Below are positions 31,301-41,400 of a DNA stretch of 64,000 bases, piece after piece. The notes below the pieces were generated by a model, which saw nothing but the letters and a program-made list of their open reading frames with translations, made no database searches and was not told the origin of the DNA. How positions within the stretch are numbered: the stretch's first letter is position 1; each line of letters begins with the position of its first letter. Source of the DNA: a virus; IMG/VR virus record IMGVR_UViG_3300050343_000185. One strand, written 5' to 3'. The position numbers were made by a program, and so were the translations under genes.

Positions 31301-33443
31301 CAGAAGCAAATTTACCAGAAAGAGTTTTTACAAATAGAATACTACCAATGGAATATGTTCCGGAAGGTGCTCCTTCAACAACTCCATAAGCACCACTAGT
31401 CAATCCAACAACATACTTACCAATTCCAAAACTATTATTTTGTGGGACAGTTTGTAGTAGTAATTTTGTGTAAAATTCAGGATCAAAATAAGAAAGACCA
31501 AAAATGGCATTGTATGTGTCGCCACCTGCTGCCAATCTTCCTTTAGATAAGATAATGTCAGAGTCCGAATTAAATCCAAGACCTCTATTCTTTAAGAAAT
31601 AGTTGCTTGGTTTTGCTCTACCAACTAAAGGTGTGATAGTTTCACTATAATCAATGATATATCCTAATTCGTTGCTATCAGTAGAAGCATCTGCTTCTGA
31701 TAAAAATATATTTCTTTGATAATTAGTATCACCTGGATCGTATTCCAGCATCAATAATTCAATATCTTCTTTCTCTCCAACTACTGTTAATTCTAGGAAT
31801 AGAACAGAGTCATTAGCATTGAGTAATGGTTTGTTTACTTTAGCAAAAGATAATGACTTTAATGTTCCTGTTGTAAGTGCATTACCAGCATCGTCTCTTG
31901 TTTTGATGAAATACAAATCTGCCAAATTAGCAAACGTACCATCTGTAATCGATGCCAATGTAGTGGTTGTGTTTGTTACATTAATAGTAACTGTTTTGAT
32001 ACCATCATTACTTGTTAATGTGGTTCCTCTTTTATTTAAAGTTTGTCTGTGGTCTGTAGATTCTTCTGATCCATTGAGACCAATAGATCCATCATTATAA
32101 GTAGCGAATAAATTAATATATGGATATGCAGTGAGATCTCCACCTTCTTTATTTAAAGGTACACTTCCATACGTGTTGGTAATATTAAAAGTGGGAAGTC
32201 CTTTAGTTTTCAGTGTAACATTATCACTTGAAAGAGATTCTCTTGCTTTATTAATTTCTAGAAATTTTGTCTCTTTGTTGACAATTTCGTATCCTCTAAT
32301 ATATGCTTTACCTGGTCCAATACCAGCAAGCATTTTTCTACTTGCTTCTGACTCTGTTAATCCATTATATGATCCAAATTCGTCAATCTTATAGACACCG
32401 CCATTCTTATCTTTTTGTGCATATTCTCTAACATCTACAGAGAAATTATTAACAATATAATCTCCACTTTCGTCGAAAGTTCTTCTAGCAAGAGTCTGCT
32501 CAATCAAACTATAGTTTGTAGGAGATACTTTTTTCTGTACCAATCCTTTGTATACTGTAATTAGTTGAATAAAATTCTTATCTGTCGCTTCAGATAGTTT
32601 AAATTTCTTAATTGTTAAACTAATCTTAAGTCTATGTGACCCAGGAGCAGAATAGTTTGCAGATCCAATAGAATTGTCATATAGAGATGCATCTTCTTCT
32701 GGAGTAACAACTTCTTCAACGATAGTAAATCCAACCTTTGCCGATGGATTGTTGTAATAGTCGTCTATTACTAAAAGTTGTTTTTCATTTCTAACAAAAT
32801 ATCCATTTACGAAATAGATACCTTCTTCTACTTTCACAGCAGAAGCATAACCCATAGCGGGACTTTCTAGTGGAGTAACTTCATCTGTATCTGGGTTTGT
32901 AATTTGGATACTAGTTGGAAGAACACTTCCATCAGTTCCAACAACTAGCAATGGACTATTAACTCCATCCACTACTTCAAGTGTTTCTCCTTGACGAAAT
33001 GTCTCATCTAAGTTAGAATTTCCACTGCTTAAATAATTTACGTATACTGTATCAGCAGTAGAATCTGTTGCTAACTTTGTTTCTAGGACGGTAGCAATTA
33101 CTCCAGAGCTCAGACCTCTAATTTGTAATCCAATAAGTTGACTGATATCATATTTTTTATAAACGATATCAATACCATCTGATACAGCAACTTCTGATAC
33201 AGAAGACAACTTCACATAATCTAGTTTAGTGTTAAGTCCAACTTCCCCAGGGACAACTAAGTCTCCTTGTTTGAAAGCATACTTACCAAAACTTTCAACC
33301 TGATTCTGTAGAATAGATTGTATTTGTGTTAATTCTCTAGTCTGGATAGAATACCCAGGACGGAAAAGAATCTTATAGAAATTCTTGCTCGCGTCGAAGT
33401 CCTCGTAATAAGGATTTACATTAAGGTTTGTCTTCTGTGGCAT
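25329..33443 (-). CDS. vrlC: VrlC-like (DUF4815) large baseplate-associated structural protein
   Basis: MPQKTNLNVNPYYEDFD..KNFYKILFRPGYSIQTRELTQIQSILQNQ N-terminus; RRYTMRDIGKLEKRIERLEYYTTLSILE...RFKSGFLVDNF. Confidence 0.9.
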   Translation of the reverse strand: MPQKTNLNVNPYYEDFDASKNFYKILFRPGYSIQTRELTQIQSILQNQVESFGKYAFKQGDLVVPGEVGLNTKLDYVKLSSVSEVAVSDGIDIVYKKYDISQLIGLQIRGLSSGVIATVLETKLATDSTADTVYVNYLSSGNSNLDETFRQGETLEVVDGVNSPLLVVGTDGSVLPTSIQITNPDTDEVTPLESPAMGYASAVKVEEGIYFVNGYFVRNEKQLLVIDDYYNNPSAKVGFTIVEEVVTPEEDASLYDNSIGSANYSAPGSHRLKISLTIKKFKLSEATDKNFIQLITVYKGLVQKKVSPTNYSLIEQTLARRTFDESGDYIVNNFSVDVREYAQKDKNGGVYKIDEFGSYNGLTESEASRKMLAGIGPGKAYIRGYEIVNKETKFLEINKARESLSSDNVTLKTKGLPTFNITNTYGSVPLNKEGGDLTAYPYINLFATYNDGSIGLNGSEESTDHRQTLNKRGTTLTSNDGIKTVTINVTNTTTTLASITDGTFANLADLYFIKTRDDAGNALTTGTLKSLSFAKVNKPLLNANDSVLFLELTVVGEKEDIELLMLEYDPGDTNYQRNIFLSEADASTDSNELGYIIDYSETITPLVGRAKPSNYFLKNRGLGFNSDSDIILSKGRLAAGGDTYNAIFGLSYFDPEFYTKLLLQTVPQNNSFGIGKYVVGLTSGAYGVVEGAPSGTYSIGSILFVKTLSGKFASGESIRDEDGVTNKIAKDNTISKFIVVNRGLGYADGSTLVINGVEYDAAAAELMRLTNGSFYTVEINNKSALSTEYSQPPAVSIKQPDGAANPSISAVILPVLTRNSVTTYTPQNVKSVTAQYGSGNANIFTADLVTDDQSYAEIKSVTDFTFFGSKGYNFIESTSFSADASILLQQGDVVQFSDESNTLVRAVVQYATQRQGSSKSRVYMDTVLPGNVTNTSIVRLRPRVDNANLGTLLFPTGSNQIKKVSNTPEETNIKYFFRRDFVTTASTSGGTITFAAQLPFGTQRFATFTEENYVITVLDPGDAPNISKGDIIYVDVDSVEISSATDTASGLTSGSISLNLPTSYFGTIPVNGTFPKLKLSATLEVSNAKPRLKTSIENRRIVVTSSGDRVIPFRGTNYDSDVVETISYSDAYKLKYVYEGSATQPPTVDTSGQLISGIDVTDRFTFDNGQRDTIYDVSRIVLKPGKEQTTGQLVIAFDYFEQSQGDFCTIDSYIHEAGVTEDLIPSFNSSVYGIVNLKNLLDFRPKVDSASTIAGFQDQSSLADSVGKFAGVGSVIAATPAPDLGLEYTISFSQVQYLDRIDGVFLNKNGNFIVKEGNSSLNPTKPDPIDDAIALFYAYIPAFTQTSKDVRITSVDNRRYTMRDIGKLEKRIERLEYYTTLSILEQQALNMQIKDEIGLDRFKSGFLVDNFESHRSGNLVSLDYQCAVDSQQSVLRPQSKEDSLFLEELNTREDQRFVSGYKKSGNIITLPYTSLNLLGNSFASKTLNPNPFVVLQYVGDASISPSIDQWYDQSTEPLVVDTNTDLYKIFLAKQDVRESFSSLHNSFIINWVGSSPSFTSINSLGQINSLESQSSVSKASVSSSSNISPQNNDIAKGVQSSIVRGNSVSTSLQFFARSQPVKFVISRLKPNTNISVFLEGRDISRWVNPDLRFTGVAGNSLSAFNGTITTDNDGNASGLILLPAGFAPRQNATWGGDVDTVDYDTDSEEVRITSGVKTFRFTSSDSDADKLTVSTYAEVKYYATGILPENPVSIISTKPSFFKANEGVQFVDSNTDNPVRPNPLAQTFKVENYDGGVFTTGIDLYFNKKSNKVPVKVYLTNVESDKPGKNIIPGTEKILSPFTYIKFSANGNVYITKGENVTGTTSAASGPIEKVIDKNGVDLIPSSSGRFLLTNEQVYTLVLSNHNGRSFNQNEQLSVPSVTLRNNTQGEFGVLTVAKDSGKVSNIRITSTGQNYTNAILTIESPQLPGGSVATASVEVSDGKLYNTEISLNGFGYTEPPSVVIKGIGNGAGGAIIETEIEIDSPAVRMGVAVDQSGLTDSTVPTHFEFEHPVYLQNDTEYAMAIETDSTDYEIWVSRLGEVDVSTSTVITTQPSLGSVYRSQNVDNWTEDNFEDVKFTLYRAEFNITKTAELVLTNESLGYELLSKNPFNTNATANTNATSRLFRNNNNIIQVSHRDNGFETSGSSYVFFKGAVETGGVTSDVLNSKLFQITNSGIDTYNIVSDVAASGNIEGGGEVVYATYNRKYEILYPQIQYLSFTGTKLSSSIKTTNVVPVDSTTNNYTSYSQTDYEKTFLNEPHYFTNQKFIASDINETLNNVTSLMYKLSLSSTVSYLSPVVDLSTASVKTISNRIESATGQEDRYGRRDQVIKFYPIYKFNIGNTSGSQIQNNQAIEGYTSKAVGTIARVDGSTVYVRLKTSQFFKRGERVTLGNQPTLVETLNGVIVPAATIDTNPIEVFLDIPDAATMVARNPSNILESYDNIITGTAVIWNNKTQELEVRNDTQPLADDFTGRIIDNVIYNRNSVVNDQLSDIFRVGDFLKYPNQVDEEARFLEIKEITYANGITYVSDNTSKNSSAVAKYVTKEVVINNPATAVDVHITLNSKDINDVQVLYKFKKSSSQENFEDINWIYFNEDGSPNSLEIATAENTISSVIEKQSSYQDITYSVSDLPEFSSFAVKIVMKGVDPAFVPKIQDIRAVAAF

Positions 33444-33479
33444 CGTTTTCCGCCAAATACTAGCATTCTTTGTCCTTAG

Positions 33480-33487
33480 TATTTATA
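33480..33487 (-). promoter_or_regulatory. Late promoter TATAAATA
   Basis: Exact T4 late consensus upstream of vrlC. Confidence 0.8.
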
Positions 33488-33492
33488 GAGAT

Positions 33493-33525
33493 AAAAAAAA
33501 TCCCCCGAGGTATCTCAGGGGATTT
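33493..33525 (-). terminator. Rho-independent terminator after gp8
   Basis: Minus strand: AAATCCCCTGAG-atac-CTCGGGGGATTT followed by a T run. Confidence 0.85.
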
Positions 33526-33543
33526 GAAGTGATTTATTTGTAA

Positions 33544-35355
33544 TCAGAATTCGATTACTAGTTTGATATCTTCAATCTGGTCAGGAGCACGAGTGATTAG
33601 ACGACGGTTTTCCTGATAGATGATATCACCAGAGTTATTGGCAATTTCAGGTGCTGCGAGACCACCTGCGAAAGTAACACCCAAAAGTGTGCTTGCGTAT
33701 GTTGTATCAACATTACCTGCTGCTGCCGATAGTACACCGGAGATAGCATTGGATCCATTGCTCTCGAATGCTTGTACAACACCTTGATCTACATGAGCAT
33801 CATTTGTTTGGATATACTTAAGAACGCCTGCTGTAGAAGAACCACTATCAAGTGTCCATGAAACCACGGTTCCTTTTGCAGTGCCACCTGTTACAGTTTG
33901 GGAGATCTGCTCATCGGGAATGAAATCCGCAGTGGCACCAGTAATTTTAACTGATTTCAAACCACTAAGAGTGTCTGCAGTAGAGAACGTAGTAGTTCCC
34001 CAGTTGAATGGGTCCTTGATAATACCAATACGACGGAAGTCGTTATCAACAGGGAAGTCTCCAGAACCTTCTGAGTAAGTTAGACGAATATTCGTCATGA
34101 CGCGCTTACCGTTGAGTTCTAGTTCATGATCAGAACCATGACCGCCTTGTGGAGGCAGCACAACTTCAACCGCACCAACACCGTTTGCGGGTGTCGCAAC
34201 TGCTGTAGTTAGACCAGCATCAGAGAAGAGGTTACCATTTCCTAAAAGAACATTGGCATAAGTATAATCTTGACCCCTTGCTTGAACACTAGCAGAAGTG
34301 ATAGTACCAGAACCATCGGTAGCAAGTTCAATTACTCCACCAGTTCCATCACCCTTGATGCCAGTAAATAGTGTTTGTGAAGCAGGTAAGTTGGCACCAC
34401 CATCTTCAATAAGAGCAACATCAATTGCTCCAGCAACAGCAGAACCAGTAACAGCAGTACGAGTATTGTTAGCAGGAAGAACAATTGGCATGAAGTCTGA
34501 AGATAGGAATCTTAGAACATCATCAGTTGGCATGGTGTACATATACTTCCAAATGTATCCAGCACCAGAAGTCTCTGTGTAAAGACCAGTTGCAGAAGCA
34601 TAGTTAGCACCAGAAGTTTTTGGTTCTTCTGTTGCGTTTTGTCCACTGGGGTTAGCAACGTTCTCGCCATTATAGAGGCACTTAAATACTTCATAATCAG
34701 AGTTCATTAAATAGAACTTAGCATCAGAGATACTTGTCTGATTTGTACCTGTTTGCTTACCAACTTGACCACCACCGCCTGGAGTAGCAGAGTAATCAGG
34801 TTTCCACATATCAAATTTGGGGTTTGCAACTACATCCCAATTGTAACGACGGATAACTGTTCTTGCGAAGGAATCAGTAATACGCTTAGCAGCAATGAGT
34901 TCATCATATACGGCAATTTTTTCTCGCTGATTATCCAAAGGAAGCGGGGGAATATCTTCTGTTGCATAACGGTACACGCCGGATTTTGCTACAGCAGATG
35001 TGTCGGTAGAACCACCATCAGCAGTTTCTTTTAGATCAGAACCAATGGGAGGAACGGAATTTGTACTGTTGCTGCCAAAAACGTCGGTAAGAAGGAGGGC
35101 ACTATCATAAACTGCAGCAACGGTGGCACGGAAAGCAGTGGATCCATATGTCCCAACATACACTTCATTTCCAACAGTAAAATTGGTTGAAGATTTTGAG
35201 TAAACTTCCAGGTATGCTTTCCATGGTTGAGGACGCCCAACAAAGAAATACATTCTAGTGCGCTCAGCACTTGTTTCGCTAGGTCCTTCTGTCAAGGATT
35301 CGAGGAATTGTTTCGCGTTAAAAATGCGAAACTTATCAGAGATAATAGCAGCCAT
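33544..35355 (-). CDS. gp8: Baseplate wedge subunit gp8
   Basis: MAAIISDKFRIFNAKQFLES...YEVFKCLYNG...GYIWKYMYTM...DFRRIGIIKDP...RAPDQIEDIKLVIEF. Confidence 0.92.
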   Translation of the reverse strand: MAAIISDKFRIFNAKQFLESLTEGPSETSAERTRMYFFVGRPQPWKAYLEVYSKSSTNFTVGNEVYVGTYGSTAFRATVAAVYDSALLLTDVFGSNSTNSVPPIGSDLKETADGGSTDTSAVAKSGVYRYATEDIPPLPLDNQREKIAVYDELIAAKRITDSFARTVIRRYNWDVVANPKFDMWKPDYSATPGGGGQVGKQTGTNQTSISDAKFYLMNSDYEVFKCLYNGENVANPSGQNATEEPKTSGANYASATGLYTETSGAGYIWKYMYTMPTDDVLRFLSSDFMPIVLPANNTRTAVTGSAVAGAIDVALIEDGGANLPASQTLFTGIKGDGTGGVIELATDGSGTITSASVQARGQDYTYANVLLGNGNLFSDAGLTTAVATPANGVGAVEVVLPPQGGHGSDHELELNGKRVMTNIRLTYSEGSGDFPVDNDFRRIGIIKDPFNWGTTTFSTADTLSGLKSVKITGATADFIPDEQISQTVTGGTAKGTVVSWTLDSGSSTAGVLKYIQTNDAHVDQGVVQAFESNGSNAISGVLSAAAGNVDTTYASTLLGVTFAGGLAAPEIANNSGDIIYQENRRLITRAPDQIEDIKLVIEF

Positions 35356-35391
35356 TGGTTTTTTGTTCCGACGTAGGGTTTGTGCCTGAGT

Positions 35392-35405
35392 TATTTATAT
35401 TTATA
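35392..35405 (-). promoter_or_regulatory. Two overlapping late promoters (TATAAATA x2)
   Basis: TATAAATA at 35398-35405 and 35392-35399 upstream of gp8. Confidence 0.75.
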
Positions 35406-35415
35406 CCGATATTTA

Positions 35416-38400
35416 TTAAATTACAAACGGAATTAATTCCTGTCCGTTTGTGATGTTATTTGGACCTCTAGTCAAGGTGCAACCAGTAAATTCGGTTGCT
35501 GTTTTTCCAGTATACTGGATAAGAGTTCCTCCACTTGTAAATATATATCCGTTATCTGGGAAGTTTGTTGTATCTTGAACAACAATTGGACCACCAATAG
35601 TTCCAGAGGAAGAACTAATAGCAACTGGATTTTGTATAGATGGTGGCATCAAATTAAATCTATCCCCTGCTAAAGTATAACTAGAATTTCCTCTTTCTCT
35701 AAAGTCTTTTACTGTTAATGCAGGGAAATATATATCCATCTCACTAAGTGTTAATCCAGAAACTCCAGATGCTCCATCATCAAAAATACCATCAAAATGT
35801 GATATAGTATGACCAGCATTAGTTGTTGTATAATTTCCAATATATGTATTAGTTTGACCAAAGATAGAGTTGTTTATGAAGATTTCAACTCCATTTCTCT
35901 TTACTACACCATAATCATCTAGGATGTTTACAAATCCATTTAATCTAGTATTAATAGGATCCGCAATAAAGACACTCTCTTCATAACCATCAATTACTCC
36001 CCCAGGTGGAGTAAAGATCAATACCTGTGTCTGCTCCTTGGTAAGAGTAATATCACTTACAATAACTTGAGTCTCAAGTTCAATTTTAGTTTCATTATAA
36101 GATAGTGTAAACGATTGTACTGAATCAAGTGCAGGTTCTAATTTATAAACTACAAAAGTATTGACGCTAGAAATAGACTCAACATTAATTTGTGGTTGTA
36201 ATTGTGCTTCAATTACATTAGAAATTGTGGTATTTACTAGCGGTGTTTCAATTTGAAGTTCAGTTTCTCTTTCAGTTCTACCAACGTTAGCGCCACCTTT
36301 GACACTAACAACAGTAGACTCAGATTCGACCAGAGTAACACCACTGAATGCCACGGATACTGGATCTGGAATCTGTCGTAAGAATGTTCCAGCAATCCAC
36401 TCTTGGGCAGTAGTATTTTGCTGACCTCTTTCTACACTCAAGAAACGATCATTAATCTTGCGGAAATATCGAACAATTTCTGATCCAACAATAAGATATC
36501 CGTTGTTTTTAAACTTATCTGTATTACCAACATAAATGACGGTATCATTAACACCAAGTGTAGCATCCAAGAACGCACCAACTTCAAAGTAATTGATATT
36601 GGTAAGAGCAGTGTTGTTTACAACATTATTGATTCTGGAAGTTATCTCTCGTGTTGCTGATACAGTGAGTGTAGAAGAAGACTCAATGTCAACAATGTAT
36701 GGAGTGTTGATACGAATATAAACTTCCGTTCCATTGTAGAATGTATCAATTGGTGCTGCTTCCTGCTCTGTATGGAAAGTAGTTAATACCTCATCAAGAT
36801 TTGCTGATAAAAATTCTGAAGGAATTAATGGGATAGGATATATTTCAGCAGTAATAACTTTGTCAACATTGACCGGACTATCAATTAATGTTGATGTGAT
36901 AGAAGTAACATCAACTGATTCATTGCCAAAGATAGATACAGTAGAGATTACATTCAGTCCTAAAGACTGCTCTAAATTCACTGCAACGTTGATTAACGAT
37001 ACTCCAATATCAGTTTCTTCTAAAACATCATAACGTCTAGCAACAACAACTTTTGGTGCTTTTGTATATCCAGATCCGCCCTCAGTTAATTCTACACTGA
37101 TAACCTGACCCTTACTAACAATAACTTGTGCCTTAGCTCCACCACCATCGCCGTTTTCGGAAATAAAATTGATTACTGGAGGAGTATAATATTGATAAGC
37201 AGTTGGTTGTGTAATAGGATCATAACTACGTTGATTCCAATCTAAATCTACAACAATACCATTTTCAATTTTAGCAACAATACTAAGACCTTCGCCTCTT
37301 GTTACTCCATTATATGCCTGAACTTCAACTTGACCAAAGTAACTATTTGATACTTGCTGTTGATTTCTTTGTTCTTTACTTGTTAGTTTTGCTGGCAGTT
37401 CTTTAATTTTTCTGAACTTATCTTCACCCTCAACTTTTATTAAACTATTACTTGAGAGATTTATAAATGGATTTCTGTATGTCCTTCTCCAATAAGTACC
37501 ACGCCAATTTTGATCAGTTCCTCTGAGAATAGATCTACCATCATTATCAGTTTCATATACAATTGAAGAACCAGATGAATCTAATCCAACAATAGTATTA
37601 ATTTCATACCTTCTTGCTATAGAGAAATATACATCTCTTCCTTGAATTAATTCACATTTAAAACCAAATACTTTTAAACTTAGAGTTGATCCAGAAACTG
37701 TTGGATCACTAACTTGACCAATCACATTGTATGTGCCGTTATCATTAATTTGATAGGCATGAATTGAATCTCCTCTTCTGAGACCCATCCAATTATTTGC
37801 TAGGAAAGTATCGAGTCCTGAGGTAGTCTCTAAAGTAACAATTCCATTTAAGTAATATACGTCTGCATTAAAATCATACAAATTTAAAATTTGTCCGACA
37901 TCTCTACCATAAAGGTATCTCATGTCAACTTTCATCTGTTCTGTAATTGGGAAATTAAAGAATATATTTGGACCAGATACGGTGTATGATTCAATATTTT
38001 TTTGAAGAACTCCGTCAATGAACACTAACAAGTAATCTGATTCTTCAACGTTAACAACCGTAAGATCTTCTAAGTCAAGAATTAAGAATGGTCCTGTTCT
38101 GACATTATTGACCAAATTCTTGTCGAGAGTCATTCTCTTGTAATTGCCAACACCAATACCAACAACTTTCTCAACAGCTGTTGGTTCTCCTAATGTTTTG
38201 GCACCAGCATATTGATCCCAAATAGGAGCAACATCAAATTTGAGTATGTTTGGAATTACTGTTCTATCGATATAATATGAATCATCTCCTGGATAATCTG
38301 CATTATACTTAGTCTCTTGTAATACAGCATTAATTGATAGTAATAAATTCTCATCTTGTTCTGTGACAACAGAACTTCCGTCTTCCCAATATAATTCAAA

Positions 38401-41400
38401 CTCTTTGGTTTCGCCGTCAATATAATCAGGAAGAGTTTTAGCAACTTCTAATTTATTTAAAACATCGTCTAGGTTATTATAAAGAGAATTAATAGATGAA
38501 ATTACATCATTACATTCTTGTGATGGAAGCAATGGATCTGGTAGTATATTATAGTTTGAATATGTAAGAGTAGCAGACCAATATCCAGGTTTGTTTGGAT
38601 TAATGTTTACGACTTCTACTACACCTGTTCCCTTAGCAATGATATCTTTTATGATATCAATCATGGTAACAATTGATGATTCAACTTCAGCGCATACAGG
38701 AAATTCGGTATCTGTAAATACTGTACCATCTGCATAAGGTGTGATACTAGTAAAAGTTCCATTTGGCAATGAATTTCTCATTGCTAGTACCATGAGATCT
38801 CTTAATTTTTCCCATGCCGCAGTCGCAGCAGTAACTTCTAATCCTGTTAGGTAAGATAATTCTTCTCCGTATGGATATCCACGATTTGTATAGTATAGTT
38901 GAGCAAATTCAACGATTTTAGCATTTCCACCAAACCTTAAGTGATAAACTACGTTATCAATTAAAAATCCAAGATCTCTAGCACACTTTACTTTATCTGA
39001 TACAGGTAAAGCATAATTAGCATATACGAATTCACTTACTTCTTCCTGTAAATATTCTTTGTTGTTTACAATTAGGTTTGAAGCATCGTAGTAAGTTCCA
39101 TTATTAATTCCACTAAAGAAGAAAGTCGCACTATCAGTAGAAGCAAATGATACCGGTACTTGTAGAACGTCATTTGGATTTATCGAATATTGATTTCCTG
39201 GTTGAACCGCACCAGTACTAGTTCCTAAAACTTCACTTCCAGAAGAAGATCCACTGAGGAAAGTAGTAGATGAAGCTGCTCCACCACCACCACCCGAGTT
39301 TGCTAGTGCTGGTTTTGATAATGTTATTTGTGATTTGCTATCAATAGAAACAACAATTGTATCAGGACTATATGCCCTACCTGCACTAATTGTCATGCCG
39401 ATAGCAATATTATCAGTATTGCTAACTGTCACTTTTTTAGAACCTTGAATGAAGACTATATTTTCTTCAACATAATCCCAATTTCTAATTGCCAAATTTG
39501 CTAAATTTGTAGCATATTTAAAAATTGACAAAGATTCTGCTGCGTTATCTTTAATGTAATCCGAACTGGTAGCAAAAATATTTGCGTAATCTACAAGTTT
39601 GCTATTTCCTCCAAATCTAATATCATGTTGGTAGGCATCAAGAATATAACCAATGTCAATAATATAATCGTCTAATTTTGTACTCCAATCCAACGAACTA
39701 TAGTATTGCTTTCCATAACCAATCGATTCTTCAATAATAAATTGCTTGTTTCTGTCAATTTGATTGGCAGCATCAATCCATGTTCCACTACGTTGAAAAA
39801 TGTTTCTTAATTTTTTGAGATAGCGAGTGTTGTATTGACTATCTTTAAAGTAGAAATTTCTTCCAACAAACTTTGTTCCTTTGTATGAAGATGTGTCACT
39901 GATATTATTTCCTGTTAATTTATTTCCAGGACCCAGTGGAGGTGCGCTAAAGATAATATTATCACCACTTACTGTATATGCAACTCCTGGTTCTTGTAAA
40001 ATCCCATTAAGAGTAACAATCAAACTTTCAGCATTAACTGGAGTAAATGCTAGTCCTGTATCATCTAATACCTGGAAAGATGTTGTTCCTTGTAATCTAC
40101 CATCAGTATCAAAATATCCATCAAATGGAGCACTGAGAGTAAAGGAGAAAGCACGAGTTTCATTAAAGTTAAATTCAGAAGTAGCAGCAGAACCTTGTCC
40201 AGTACGTATTCTTGTATTTTTAACAGTTTGAATAGTTTGAGTCGTTACTTGCTTTGTGCTTTCAACAGTAATTTTGTTTTTATTTGGATCCCATAGTTGA
40301 ATGATTGAGAAAGTATCTGCTTTTCTTTCGCCAGCAGATGGCATTTCAGATTTTGCATCTGTCTCAACATCAACTTGACCAAATAATTTAAATCCAGCAG
40401 GGTGTGTGGTAGATTTAATTAAATCTCTCCACTGTTCAATAGAAGTTTTTGATTTAACAACGTAAGAGTAATCCTGATAGAAAAAACTATCAGTTAATTT
40501 TTGATTTGCTGCTCCAAGTCTTCCTTTATCAGAAGTGTAGTAACCTAGGTTATCATACGTAGCTTTAGTTGTTGTATTAAATGTTGTAATGAATACCTTC
40601 TTAACTACACCAGAAGCACCAGATATAAAACCAACTACAGGAACATTTTCTCTGATAATACCGACAACTTTTTCAATTTTAATTAAATTTGATCCCTGCC
40701 TATATTCAGAAACTACTGCTCTGGAAACTTCTACCCCGTTAATTGACTGAGTTAAAATTTCTCCTTTTTGGTATCCACCGCTGAAATTTTTCAACGCCAA
40801 AGTATATTTTGAAGTTACGGTTGACGCTACGGTTTCATCTAAATGGTAACCAGCTCCATTGTTTATAATTCTTACACTTTGAGGAATTCCAATACTTTCA
40901 CTTTCAGCATATAAATTTACCGCAGATTCAATTATTACAATCTCAGGAGCATATGTGTAACCGATACCCGGACTTTTAACAGTAATTGAAAACAACTCAC
41001 CATTACGTTGAATTACATTAAAATCTGCACCAGTTCCATCGGAATTAGTAATAATAACTTTGGGATTTACATAATTTGATCCAACATTGTCTATGTTAAC
41101 ACTAGTAATAATATTAGCAGATGTATCAAATAAAACTGTTGCTGATCCTCTATATGGTTCTGAAGGATCGCAACCTACAACTAATGGAACTTTTTTGTAG
41201 TTTTGTCCTAAATTTATTATTTTGACATCGTTAATTTCACCAATAGCAAATTGACCACTGGTGGTATACGAAATAGATCCAGAACCATCCCAAAGAGGAG
41301 TGCTTAAAACATCATATACGAAACGATTTCTTGTGACATAATTAAGTCTCTTTGTTCCTTGTAGTGGATCATCAATAACTTGTAAGTATGCTCCTTCTGC

